Positions 9,189 through 18,334 of a stretch of 64,000 nucleotides of DNA are shown here, piece after piece. The notes beneath the pieces were generated by a model, which worked only from the letters and a program-made list of their open reading frames with translations, was not told the origin of the DNA and did not search any database. Source of the stretch: an uncultured delta proteobacterium (GTDB lineage: Bacteria; Desulfobacterota; Binatia; UBA9968); the NCBI GenBank assembly GCA_963816145.1, contig CAWFJP010000013.1, positions 64,001 through 128,000 of the forward strand, written 5' to 3'. Position numbers and translations under genes: made by a program. Position 1 is the stretch's first letter; every line of letters begins with the position of its first letter.

Positions 9189-11600
9189 ATGTCTGATGCC
9201 AACCGATCGACCAGTGCTTTGGCCGGCCTACGCGTGCTCGACCTGACCGGCCGCATGGGCGGCTATTGCGGATTATTGCTTGCTAATCTTGGCGCCGAAG
9301 TGTTGCTCATCGAGCCGCCAGGCGGCGATCCAATGCGGCGCGAAGGTCCGTTTAAAAATGACACTGCCCATGCGGAACGCAGCTTGTCCTTCGCTGCGTA
9401 TCATAGCAACAAACATGGTCTGGTTTTGAATCTCGAAGATGATCATGACCGCGAAAAATTTCATGAGCTCGCCGCCAACGCCGACGTGGTAATCGAAGAC
9501 ACGCCGTATGGTTGTCTCGACCAATTGCGGCTCGGCTACGCCGATTTGCAAAGGCTGAATCCTGCGCTAGTGTTGACTTCTATCAGCGGTTTTGGCCGAA
9601 CCGGACCCTATCGCGAGTTCAAAGCGCCGAGCATTGTCGCTTTTGCCATGGGCGGACTGATGAATCTCTGCGGCCATCCGGGGCGCGCGCCGCTCATGGG
9701 GCCCTGCGACGTGGCTTACCATTTGGGCTCGGTGCATGCAGCGTTTGGTACCATGGCGGCATTGTTCAACCGGCGCGCGACGGGTGTCGGCGATCATGTC
9801 GATATATCGCTGCAAGACGTGTTGGCAGCCGATCCGTTTCTGCGCATCATCAGCCGTTATAGTGTTACCGGCGAAGTGCCGGAGCGCAGCGGCCATAGCC
9901 AGTCGACTACCGTGGCGGAGACCTATCAATGCCAGGACGGCTATGCGCGCATCTTCGTCAACCAACCGGATCACTGGCGCCGTTTTGTCGAGTGGCTGGG
10001 CAATCCGGCAGAACTGCTCGATCCGAAATTGGAGAATGTCCAGAGCCGCTTCGCACTGCGCTCTCTGATCGATCGTCTGGTCGAAGCGCGCACACTTAAT
10101 TATCCGGTGAAAAAATTTTTCGAGCAATTTCAAACCAATCGTTTGGCTGCAGCGCCGATCAATCCGCCGAGCGGCTACGTTAACGACGAGCAGACCAAGC
10201 ATCGGAACTATTTTGCCGAAGTCGATCATCCTGCGATGGGCCGCCATCGATTTCCCGGCGATCCTTACAAATTCTCGGCGACCCCATGGCGCATCAGACG
10301 CGGCGCACCGTTGCTCGGCGCCGTCGGCGACAAGATTCCTGAGCCATTCACCGGCCCGTCAGCTTGGCGCGGTGGCGCGGATGCGGCGAAAAGCAATAGC
10401 GCCGCAAACCGAAGACCTCTCGAAGGCATTAGGGTGATCAGTTTCCCGACCGGTATCGTCGGTCCGGCATTGGCAGCACTATTGGCGGAGCAGGGCGCCG
10501 AGGTGATTTCCGTCGAAGCCGGCCGGGTCGTTCGCAGTCCACAGCGCGGGCAGCGCTGGCAAATCGCCTCCGATCTCGAAAGCAATCGCGAGCGCAAGCG
10601 CATTGCTCTCGACATGAAAAATCCCGAGGGACTGGCACTGGCGAAGCAATTGATCGCCAAGTCGGATGTAGTGGTGGAAAATTTCAGCGCTCGGGTGATG
10701 GCGAGTTGGGGTTTGGATTACCCGCGCATGAAAGAAATTCGTCCGGACATCATCATGGCAAGCCTGCAAGCATTCGGTCAGACCGGGCCGCGGCGCGACT
10801 ACGTCAGCTTCGGGCCAATTCTTATGGCCTATTCCGGCATGACCTATCTCTGGCGCGATCCGCAGATCGAGCGGCCAGGTGCCGGCAGCCAGACCGCCTT
10901 TCCCGACTATATCGCACCGTCCTATGGCGCTGTGGCGATCCTCGCCGCGCTGCACCACCGCGCGCGCACCGGCGAAGGACAATACATCGACATCTCGCAA
11001 GCCGAGACCGCGGCGTCGATGATCGGCCCGGCGTTATTGGAACTGCTCGTCAACGGCCGCGAGCCCGCGCCTCAGGGTAACTTCAGCGCGACGGCCGCAC
11101 CCCATGGCGCGTACCACTGCAAAGGCGACGATCGCTGGTGTGCCATCGCGATTGCCGGCCAAGAGGAGTGGAAACGCTTCTGCGAAACCATCGGCCATCG
11201 CGAATGGCTGGCCGACGCGCGATTTGCCGATCCTGCTGCGCGCATCGCCCATCGCAATGAGCTTGATGCTGCAATCGAGTCTTGGACCAGCAAGTACACG
11301 CCGCATCAGTTGATGATCATGTTACAGCGCGACGGCTTCGCCGCTGGCGTTGTCCAGACGGCTGAAGATTTATACCGCGACCCGCACCTGCGCGAGCGCG
11401 GTCTGGCACGAGAGGTTCATCACCGTGAGATCGGCTGGGTGACCCGAGCCGGCCCGACGGCACGGCTTTCTCACAATCGCGTGATCGCCGATGGCCCGGC
11501 GCATGTCGCTGGCGAGGACAACGAAGCGGTGTTGGGCGGGGTCCTCGGCATGGCGGCGGAGAATATTCGCGGTTTGTACGACCGCAAAGTGTTGCGCTAG
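9189..11600 (+). CDS. Fused two-domain family III CoA-transferase (CaiB/BaiF)
   Basis: LAGLRVLDL...LGAEV and PLEGIRV...GAEV..VE halves; VVENFS; PDY Asp in the C-terminal half; TG.GQ.IDISQ. Confidence 0.92.
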   Translation: MSDANRSTSALAGLRVLDLTGRMGGYCGLLLANLGAEVLLIEPPGGDPMRREGPFKNDTAHAERSLSFAAYHSNKHGLVLNLEDDHDREKFHELAANADVVIEDTPYGCLDQLRLGYADLQRLNPALVLTSISGFGRTGPYREFKAPSIVAFAMGGLMNLCGHPGRAPLMGPCDVAYHLGSVHAAFGTMAALFNRRATGVGDHVDISLQDVLAADPFLRIISRYSVTGEVPERSGHSQSTTVAETYQCQDGYARIFVNQPDHWRRFVEWLGNPAELLDPKLENVQSRFALRSLIDRLVEARTLNYPVKKFFEQFQTNRLAAAPINPPSGYVNDEQTKHRNYFAEVDHPAMGRHRFPGDPYKFSATPWRIRRGAPLLGAVGDKIPEPFTGPSAWRGGADAAKSNSAANRRPLEGIRVISFPTGIVGPALAALLAEQGAEVISVEAGRVVRSPQRGQRWQIASDLESNRERKRIALDMKNPEGLALAKQLIAKSDVVVENFSARVMASWGLDYPRMKEIRPDIIMASLQAFGQTGPRRDYVSFGPILMAYSGMTYLWRDPQIERPGAGSQTAFPDYIAPSYGAVAILAALHHRARTGEGQYIDISQAETAASMIGPALLELLVNGREPAPQGNFSATAAPHGAYHCKGDDRWCAIAIAGQEEWKRFCETIGHREWLADARFADPAARIAHRNELDAAIESWTSKYTPHQLMIMLQRDGFAAGVVQTAEDLYRDPHLRERGLAREVHHREIGWVTRAGPTARLSHNRVIADGPAHVAGEDNEAVLGGVLGMAAENIRGLYDRKVLR

Positions 11601-11662
11601 TGTCGCCCGTTTGATTACGAGTTCGCCGTTGCATTTGCGGCGAGCACGCTAAGGAGACCAAG

Positions 11663-12802
11663 ATGCTGCAAGGGTATCGTCTATACGATGCCGATGCTCA
11701 CGCGATGATGAGCCCGCGCATGTGGGAAACTCTGCCGCCGGAGTTCCACGCGCGCCGTCCGCGGCCGACGCGCGTGCATGACGTCGCCGACATGGGACGC
11801 TGGACCAACGGATGGCTGGTCGAGGGGCAAATCATTCCCCACGCCCTGGGACCCGGCAGCCAGCCGGGCAATGAGCCGGCGCGGGTGCTCGAAGAATTCG
11901 GCGCCGAGACCCATAGCCCGGAATTTCCCCTCAGCAGTTTTGATTTATCCGATCCGAGCGCGCGGCTGCGCGGCATGGACTTCATGGGCGTTGATCACCA
12001 GATGCTCTATCCGACGACACTCTACGCGCGCATGACCAACGATCCCGCCTTCGAAGCAGCGCTGATGCGTTCGTACAATCGTTATGTTGGCAAACAATGC
12101 GATCAAGCGCCCAAACGTTTGAAATGGGCCGGGCTCTTGCCACTGCGCAACCCGCGCCAAGGTTGTCAAGCCGTGGCCGAGATGAAAGAGCTGGGCGCCA
12201 GCGCCGCCGTGGTTTACGGCACCGCCGGCGATCGCTTGCTATGTCACCCGAGTTTTGCGCCGGTGTGGGATGAGCTGCATCGATCCGGTCTGCCCCTCTG
12301 CGTGCACATGGGCATGAGCTATCCACCCTTCGCCGAGGTTTGCAACGGCTTGCTCGCGGCCCATGGCATCGGCATGAGTCTGCCGGCGCAGATGGCGTTT
12401 GTCGCCATCGTCGGCCATGGCATGCTCGACCGCTATCCGAATTTGAAGATCGGTTTTCTCGAATTCGGCGCCGAATGGATTCTCTACATGGTGGCGCGCC
12501 TCGATCACTATCTACCCATCGACCGCAGCCAGATGCCGATCAAGACCGAAGTGCCGCAGCGCTCCATCGAAGATTATGCCAAATCGGGACGGATTTTCAT
12601 CGCCGGCGAAGCCGACGATAAACTACTGCCCCAGGAAATTAAGTTGCTCGGCGAAGACCAGATTCTCTACTCATCAGACCTGCCGCACGGCGAAGGCCGC
12701 CACAACGCAGCCAAGGAGATCATCGCCCGCAATGATATTAACGAGCGGCAGAAACATAAGATTCTCTACGATAACGCGGTTATGTTCTTCGGCGAGCCGT
12801 AA
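11663..12802 (+). CDS. Amidohydrolase_2 (ACMSD/LigW-like) family protein
   Basis: DADAH, LCVH, RYPNLKIGFLEFG, YSSDLPH. Confidence 0.88.
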   Translation: MLQGYRLYDADAHAMMSPRMWETLPPEFHARRPRPTRVHDVADMGRWTNGWLVEGQIIPHALGPGSQPGNEPARVLEEFGAETHSPEFPLSSFDLSDPSARLRGMDFMGVDHQMLYPTTLYARMTNDPAFEAALMRSYNRYVGKQCDQAPKRLKWAGLLPLRNPRQGCQAVAEMKELGASAAVVYGTAGDRLLCHPSFAPVWDELHRSGLPLCVHMGMSYPPFAEVCNGLLAAHGIGMSLPAQMAFVAIVGHGMLDRYPNLKIGFLEFGAEWILYMVARLDHYLPIDRSQMPIKTEVPQRSIEDYAKSGRIFIAGEADDKLLPQEIKLLGEDQILYSSDLPHGEGRHNAAKEIIARNDINERQKHKILYDNAVMFFGEP

Positions 12803-12814
12803 GCGGGGTGTCAT

Positions 12815-13453
12815 ATGAAAGGGCAGCTACAGATGTTGGACAAGCTTGCCGTCAACGGCGCCATTCGCAGAGCTGAACGACACCTGGCGAAGGCCGATCC
12901 AGTCATGCAACGGCTCATCGTTCGGCATGGCCACTGTGCCATGGCCGAACGCGAGTTCCAACCGTTTCATATGCTCGCCAATTCGATCATCAGCCAGCAG
13001 CTCTCGACCAGGGCGGCGGCGACAATCAAGGTTCGTGTCGGCGCCCTGGTCGGTGTGCCGTTTCAAATCGATAAAGTGCTTTCGATTGCGCCAGCAAAGC
13101 TCCGTGGCGCCGGGCTATCGCATGCCAAGACCCGCTACATTCGCACGCTCGCCGACCATGTAGACGCCGGCAAATTGGATTTCGACGAAATCATTTCTCT
13201 GGAAGATGAAGCGGTGATTGAAAGGCTCGTCATTGTCCCCGGAATTGGCCGCTGGACTGCCGAAATGTTTCTGCTCTTCGGTCTCAAACGACTGGATGTT
13301 CTCGCCGTTGGCGATGCCGGGTTGCAGCGCGCGGCGCGAAATCTTTATGGCACGAAGCGGAAGTCGGAAAGCCTATTACCGCGAGTCGCTGAAAGTTGGC
13401 GGCCGTACCGGTCGATCGCGTCGTGGTATTTGTGGCGGTCACTAGAAACTTAG
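12815..13453 (+). CDS. alkA: DNA-3-methyladenine glycosylase II (HhH-GPD)
   Basis: IISQQLS, GLS..K, GIGRWTAEMFLLF, D.L..GD.GL, WRPYRS.ASWYLW. Confidence 0.88.
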   Translation: MKGQLQMLDKLAVNGAIRRAERHLAKADPVMQRLIVRHGHCAMAEREFQPFHMLANSIISQQLSTRAAATIKVRVGALVGVPFQIDKVLSIAPAKLRGAGLSHAKTRYIRTLADHVDAGKLDFDEIISLEDEAVIERLVIVPGIGRWTAEMFLLFGLKRLDVLAVGDAGLQRAARNLYGTKRKSESLLPRVAESWRPYRSIASWYLWRSLET

Positions 13454-13457
13454 AGAT

Positions 13458-14087
13458 TCACTCAGGTTTCTTTGTATTTACCCAAGCTTGGATAATCTGG
13501 TTTGATGAGGCCACTTGCCCGTAGTGTTGCTTCACCAAAGCCACAGCTTCGTTATGCGCCTGCGGGCCATAGGTGGTGGCGCAGCAATCCTCAACCAAAG
13601 TGATGTAGTAATCGAGCATGAATCCCACTGTCAGCGTGTGGAAGACGCACATGCCGGTGCCGACACCGGTGACAAGCAGGCTTTTGACGCCGCGGGCGCG
13701 CAGCAGCAGATCCAAGTCGGTGCCGATGAAGGCGCTGTAGCGGTGTTTGGTGATGATCATGTCGCCGGGCCGCGGTTCCAGGCCGGCATGAAATTCCGCG
13801 CCCCAGCTGCCGTCGGCGCAGGCGAGCAGTTCGGGATTTTTGAACTCGGTCCAGACCGGTGAGTTGGTCCATTGGTTGCCGGAAGTTCGCACGAAGCAAA
13901 TGGGAAAGTTGTGGACGCGGGCTTGCTCTACTAAATTCACCAGGCGCGGGATCATGTTTTCGACAAACACCATGTCGCGGCCGCGCTTGCAGGCGGCGCC
14001 GTCGCGGTGGCAGAAGTCGTTTTGCATGTCGACGACGATCAACATGCCGTGCTTGGGATCGACACGTTCTTCCAGAGAAAATCCCAT
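13458..14087 (-). CDS. Isochorismatase-family cysteine hydrolase
   Basis: VDMQNDF, KHRYSAF, GVGTGMCV (D-K-C triad). Confidence 0.9.
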   Translation of the reverse strand: MGFSLEERVDPKHGMLIVVDMQNDFCHRDGAACKRGRDMVFVENMIPRLVNLVEQARVHNFPICFVRTSGNQWTNSPVWTEFKNPELLACADGSWGAEFHAGLEPRPGDMIITKHRYSAFIGTDLDLLLRARGVKSLLVTGVGTGMCVFHTLTVGFMLDYYITLVEDCCATTYGPQAHNEAVALVKQHYGQVASSNQIIQAWVNTKKPE

Positions 14088-14096
14088 GGTGATTCT

Positions 14097-15107
14097 CTAC
14101 TCGTAGAGTTTTTTGATGAAGCCGCTATCTTCGATTTCTTTGACGATGCTGCCGTCGATGAACGATCGCGGGTCAGCGGTGCGCGCTTTGGGATTATCTT
14201 TGCTCATAAACTCCAAGACACTGGTCACGCCTTTGAGCGCTGGGTAGGGGGCGGGTTCAAAGTAACCGGATGAATAGAGGGTGTGCGAGCGTTCCAAATA
14301 CTTTACCTGCGGCGGCGCGGTGCGCAGTTTCTTTTTCATAACTTCGACCGACTCAGTTCGATTCTTTTTGAAGTAGGCGATGCCCTCGATATAGGCTTTC
14401 ATGAACCTAGTTGCTAGATCGCGGTGCGTTTTCACGTAAGCGCGGGTCGTGTCGATCATGCTGTGGAGATAGTAAATATCCATGTCGGCGAGGTCGGCGA
14501 GCACGCGGTAGCCCAAATCTTCGGCGATGAAAAAAGTCGGCTCGGTGAGCACCGCGGCATCAATGGCGCCTTTTTCCAGTCCGGCCATCATGGCGGGGGA
14601 GGCGTTGAGTTGCAGCGTCTGCACGTCGTTCGGGGTCATGCCCCACTGGCGCAGCATGAGCAAGAGCACCATATGCGATGAGGCACCGATACGCGTGACG
14701 CCGACACGTTTACCGCGCAGATCTTCAGGCCGCCGAATGTCGCTGCGCGCCATGACCCGTTGGACGCCTTTGTTAACGATGGAGCCAATCATCACAACAT
14801 CCGCTCCGCTGAGCCCGGCGTTGATCACGGCGCCGCCGCCGGCGGTGAGGAACTGCACATCGCCGGCGATCAGCGCGCTGACGCCACCAGCCGAAGCGCC
14901 GGCAAGAACCACCACCTCGGCGTCAATGCCATTTTTCTTGAACAGCCCTTTGTCTTCGGCGATCCAGATCGCCGCGTTGATCGGCGTGTAAGAACTAAGG
15001 CCGACGCGGATGCGGTCGGGTGCGGTGGCCGCCTGAGCCTTGCCTGAAAAAGTTGACAGTACCAATAGGAATGTGACGAGGGCGGTGCGTAGTCCGATCT
15101 GCTTCAT
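14097..15107 (-). CDS. ABC substrate-binding protein, NMT1/SsuA-like
   Basis: Signal peptide; GLFKKNGID, DLRGKRVGVTR.G. Confidence 0.88.
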   Translation of the reverse strand: MKQIGLRTALVTFLLVLSTFSGKAQAATAPDRIRVGLSSYTPINAAIWIAEDKGLFKKNGIDAEVVVLAGASAGGVSALIAGDVQFLTAGGGAVINAGLSGADVVMIGSIVNKGVQRVMARSDIRRPEDLRGKRVGVTRIGASSHMVLLLMLRQWGMTPNDVQTLQLNASPAMMAGLEKGAIDAAVLTEPTFFIAEDLGYRVLADLADMDIYYLHSMIDTTRAYVKTHRDLATRFMKAYIEGIAYFKKNRTESVEVMKKKLRTAPPQVKYLERSHTLYSSGYFEPAPYPALKGVTSVLEFMSKDNPKARTADPRSFIDGSIVKEIEDSGFIKKLYE

Positions 15108-15131
15108 CCTGCCTCCCAGTGCGTGTTTTTT

Positions 15132-16151
15132 TCAGAGTCCGAAAATTTCGCGAAACTCCTTAGCGTACTGATCCGTATTCACCGACACTTCTTTCGGAAT
15201 ACGTTTTACCTTTAGCCGATTCTGGTCCATTTTGGCGACCAGCGGTTCGACATCCCGGCGCGACGGCACCAAACGCAGGTCGCGAATCATCTGTTGGCTT
15301 CGCTTGCTCAGCGCAAAGTCGACAAAAAGCCTGGCGGTATTGGGGTTGGCCGCTTTGCTGCTGACCCCGATGCCGTGCACTGTTGTCACTATGGGATCGA
15401 ACGTATCGGACCAATCCACCGGCGCCCCTTCCTTTTTCATGCGTTCGACGCGGAAGGTATAGGCCCAGCCCAGGGGCAATTCACCAGCGCCGATGAGTTG
15501 GGCGACCAAACCATGGCCGCGGCGCCAGGTTAAGTCCTGCCGCGCCAATTGTTTCATGTAATTGACCGCTCGGTTCTTTCCCCAAGCCAGTGCGAGGGTA
15601 CCGAACCAGTCGTAGTCAGTGGAGTCCATCAGCATTTTGCCCTTCCACTTTGTGTCCAGCAGCTCAGGATAGTCTCGAGGGGCGTCTTTATCATTGACCA
15701 GGCGGGTATTGTACATGAGCACAAGGTTGCTGTTGTACAGACTCGTCCAATGGCCACGCGGGTCTTTGAATTCATCGATGTAGGCATCGCGCTCCGGCGA
15801 AAGATAGGGCGCAAATATGCCGCGGTCGACGAAAAGCTCGGCGCTGCTTATGCTCAGCAGATCGAAGGCCCATTTGCCGGCGCGGATTTCGTTCAAGATC
15901 CGGTTGGTGATCTGTTCGTTGCCGGCACGCACCAACTCGCCTTTGGCGAACGGATATTCTTTAGTGAATGCGTCGAGCAACGGCCGGGAAAGATCGATGG
16001 CCATCGAAGTGTACCAAATGAATCGGCTCTCCTTTTTGGCGCCTTCGATCAGCTTGGACTGTGGGGTGGCCTGGGAGTGCAGATTGGACGTCTGCACGCC
16101 TATGATTGAAAGGACAACCAGGACCGAAAGGCAGCGCGAGCGAAGTTTCAT
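15132..16151 (-). CDS. Extracellular solute-binding protein (AfuA/SBP_bac_6-like)
   Basis: GAKKE...WYTS, YNT.LV, DYPELLD.KWKGK, NPNTARLFVDF. Confidence 0.88.
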   Translation of the reverse strand: MKLRSRCLSVLVVLSIIGVQTSNLHSQATPQSKLIEGAKKESRFIWYTSMAIDLSRPLLDAFTKEYPFAKGELVRAGNEQITNRILNEIRAGKWAFDLLSISSAELFVDRGIFAPYLSPERDAYIDEFKDPRGHWTSLYNSNLVLMYNTRLVNDKDAPRDYPELLDTKWKGKMLMDSTDYDWFGTLALAWGKNRAVNYMKQLARQDLTWRRGHGLVAQLIGAGELPLGWAYTFRVERMKKEGAPVDWSDTFDPIVTTVHGIGVSSKAANPNTARLFVDFALSKRSQQMIRDLRLVPSRRDVEPLVAKMDQNRLKVKRIPKEVSVNTDQYAKEFREIFGL

Positions 16152-16225
16152 CCTGCTCCTCCTTGACCGGGGGCCATATTGTCATGGACAAATCATTGGC
16201 GCCTCATCCGCGACACGACAACTCG

Positions 16226-17038
16226 TTACTTCCGATCTTCTGGCTTAACGTACTTCACCGATGCACCGCCTTTTTGCGAGTGCAGATAGCCTTCCACATC
16301 GCTGAGGGGATTAGTGTAATAGCGTAGCCGGTGCTGGACGAGATCGTCGGCTCGCAGCGCCATGTCGAATGGCAAGTCTTTTTGCATATAGGCGGCGATC
16401 TTGGCATTCTCCAGAGTCGCGCCGTTGCGGCTGGCTAGTTCCCTCGCCAGTGTGTCGACGTAGCTGTCCAAATCCTTTTCCGGCACGACATCGGAGACCA
16501 GGCCGACGCGTTCGGCTTCGACGCCGGTCAGGTTTCTCCCCGTGAGCGAAATGAAAAAGGCCTTCTTGAATGGGATGCCGGCGTGAAATAATGACGGTGT
16601 CGCAGTGGCGCCGTAGCTGCCGCGGATGACTTCGGGCATACCGAACTTCGCGGTGTCGGCGCTGATGACCAGATCATGGCCGTTGATCATGGCGAGTCCG
16701 CCGCCCAAGCACCAACCCCGCACTTTGGCGACCGTGACCTGCGGTAGTTTGCGCATGATGTCGACGATCTCGGCGACGCCGCCGAAGCCCCGGGTGCGCC
16801 GGCGGTTGTCCTGGCCGCGCATATCGTAGAGATCGCGGCCCGACGAATAGGAATCGCCGGCGCCGGTGGTGACGATGCAGCGAATCTTTTCGTTGTTGGC
16901 GAGATCGCGCAACGTACTCGAAATTTCGGCGAGTAGGGCGATGCTTAGGGCGTTTTTCTTTTCCGGACGATTTAAGGTCAGCCAGGCTATGCCTACCTTT
17001 TCATCGATGTTGGCGGTGATGTGTTTCAAGTCAGACAT
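16226..17038 (-). CDS. Enoyl-CoA hydratase/crotonase family (hydroxycinnamoyl-CoA hydratase-lyase-like)
   Basis: LNRPEKKNALS, SSGRDL, GWCLGGG, FGMPEV, EAERVGLV. Confidence 0.88.
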   Translation of the reverse strand: MSDLKHITANIDEKVGIAWLTLNRPEKKNALSIALLAEISSTLRDLANNEKIRCIVTTGAGDSYSSGRDLYDMRGQDNRRRTRGFGGVAEIVDIMRKLPQVTVAKVRGWCLGGGLAMINGHDLVISADTAKFGMPEVIRGSYGATATPSLFHAGIPFKKAFFISLTGRNLTGVEAERVGLVSDVVPEKDLDSYVDTLARELASRNGATLENAKIAAYMQKDLPFDMALRADDLVQHRLRYYTNPLSDVEGYLHSQKGGASVKYVKPEDRK

Positions 17039-17063
17039 GTAAATTCTCCGTGGGTTTAATTTC

Positions 17064-17102
17064 GTTCAAATCGTTCAAAAAGTTCAAGCCGTTCAAATCG
17101 TT
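17064..17102. repeat. Tandem 9-mer GTTCAANNN array (single arm)
   Basis: GTTCAAATC GTTCAAAAA GTTCAAGCC GTTCAAATC GTT. Confidence 0.75.
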
Positions 17103-17117
17103 GGTCGAATTCTATTC

Positions 17118-17180
17118 TGTCATTTCGAGGCACCGCCGAGAAATCTTTCGATCAGATGTCTCACTGCGTTCGAGATGACA
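17118..17180. repeat. REP-like palindromic element
   Basis: TGTCATTTCGA...GAGAAATCT...AGATGTCTC...TCGAGATGACA nested inverted repeats. Confidence 0.7.
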
Positions 17181-17208
17181 GCCTCATCGATTCCAATAAT
17201 CCGGCATA

Positions 17209-18231
17209 TCAAGAAAACCGGTAAAAGCTTTTGGCGTTGCCGGCGAGGATTTTTTGTTTCGTTTCATCCGAGATGTCTTTGCGCTCGACCACTTGGCTGA
17301 CGCTATGCGGCCATTCCATGTCCCAGTGCGGATAGTCCGACGCGTACATCATGCACTCGTCGCCGAACTGCTCAATAACCAGCGGCAGCGCCGACTCTTC
17401 GCCTTCGCAAGTGAAGTAGCAGCGATGGGCCTTGATGTATTCGCTGGGAAGCATCTTTAACGGTTCCATTTCTGATTTTCTGATCAGATATTTCTCGTCG
17501 AAACGTTCCATCCAGTAGGGCAGGAAGCCGACGCCGGCTTCGAGAAAGCCGACTTTCAGTTTGGGGAACCGGTCGAGCACGCCGTTGGAGATAATCGAGA
17601 CCACCGAGAGCATCTGCTCGAACGGATGGGACGTCATATGCACGCCGATGTATTTATGAAACCGGGTATTGCCAACGGCGACCTGGGCGGTGGCGTGAAA
17701 GCCGATGGGCACGCCGAGATCCTGCGCCGCGAAATAGATCGGATCGAACTGCGGCTGGCCCAGGTCGAGGCCTTGCTGCACATAGGTCGGCATCATGACA
17801 CCGACGGCGCCTTTCTCGGTGACGGCGCGGTGCACTTCTTTTGCCGCTTCAGCCACGACCTGGGGTGCGATGACGGCAGCGTATTTGACGCGACCGCCGC
17901 TCTGTTTGCAAAAATCACAGGCCCAGTCGTTGTAGGCTTTGGCCAATTCCACCGCAAGGTCGAGTTCGCGCACCAAACCGATGGACAGCGCGTTGCTGGG
18001 ATAGGCGACTGCGTCGCCGATCTTTTCGACGTCGAGGTCTTTGCAATATTCCTGCGGATTGGCCGGTTTTCTGCCGGTGGTGTCGTTTAAAAAAATGTCC
18101 CAACCGAAAGATGGGAAATAGGGCCCGCTGCGGGCGCAAAACTTTTCCGGCAAGTATTGTTTATAGGCCGCGCCGTCCAAATGATGGGCGTCGGCGTCGA
18201 TGATGGTAAACTGCACGGACTTGACCTCCAA
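17209..18231 (-). CDS. Amidohydrolase_2 family protein
   Basis: IIDADAH, IGFH, RFPKLKVGFLEAG, YASDYPHWD. Confidence 0.88.
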   Translation of the reverse strand: MEVKSVQFTIIDADAHHLDGAAYKQYLPEKFCARSGPYFPSFGWDIFLNDTTGRKPANPQEYCKDLDVEKIGDAVAYPSNALSIGLVRELDLAVELAKAYNDWACDFCKQSGGRVKYAAVIAPQVVAEAAKEVHRAVTEKGAVGVMMPTYVQQGLDLGQPQFDPIYFAAQDLGVPIGFHATAQVAVGNTRFHKYIGVHMTSHPFEQMLSVVSIISNGVLDRFPKLKVGFLEAGVGFLPYWMERFDEKYLIRKSEMEPLKMLPSEYIKAHRCYFTCEGEESALPLVIEQFGDECMMYASDYPHWDMEWPHSVSQVVERKDISDETKQKILAGNAKSFYRFS

Positions 18232-18247
18232 ATTCTAAGTAACAAGC

Positions 18248-18315
18248 GTTGAACTTTGAGCCCTTGAGCGTCTGAACGATAGCAGTCGTTCAAGGTTCAA
18301 AAGTTCAAAGTTCAA
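18248..18315. repeat. Inverted tandem TTGAAC/GTTCAA repeat hairpin
   Basis: TTGAAC-TTTGAG-CCCTTGAGC-GTCTGAAC / GTTCAAG-GTTCAAAA-GTTCAAA-GTTCAA. Confidence 0.78.
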
Positions 18316-18334
18316 TCGGAACCTGCGGGCGAAA

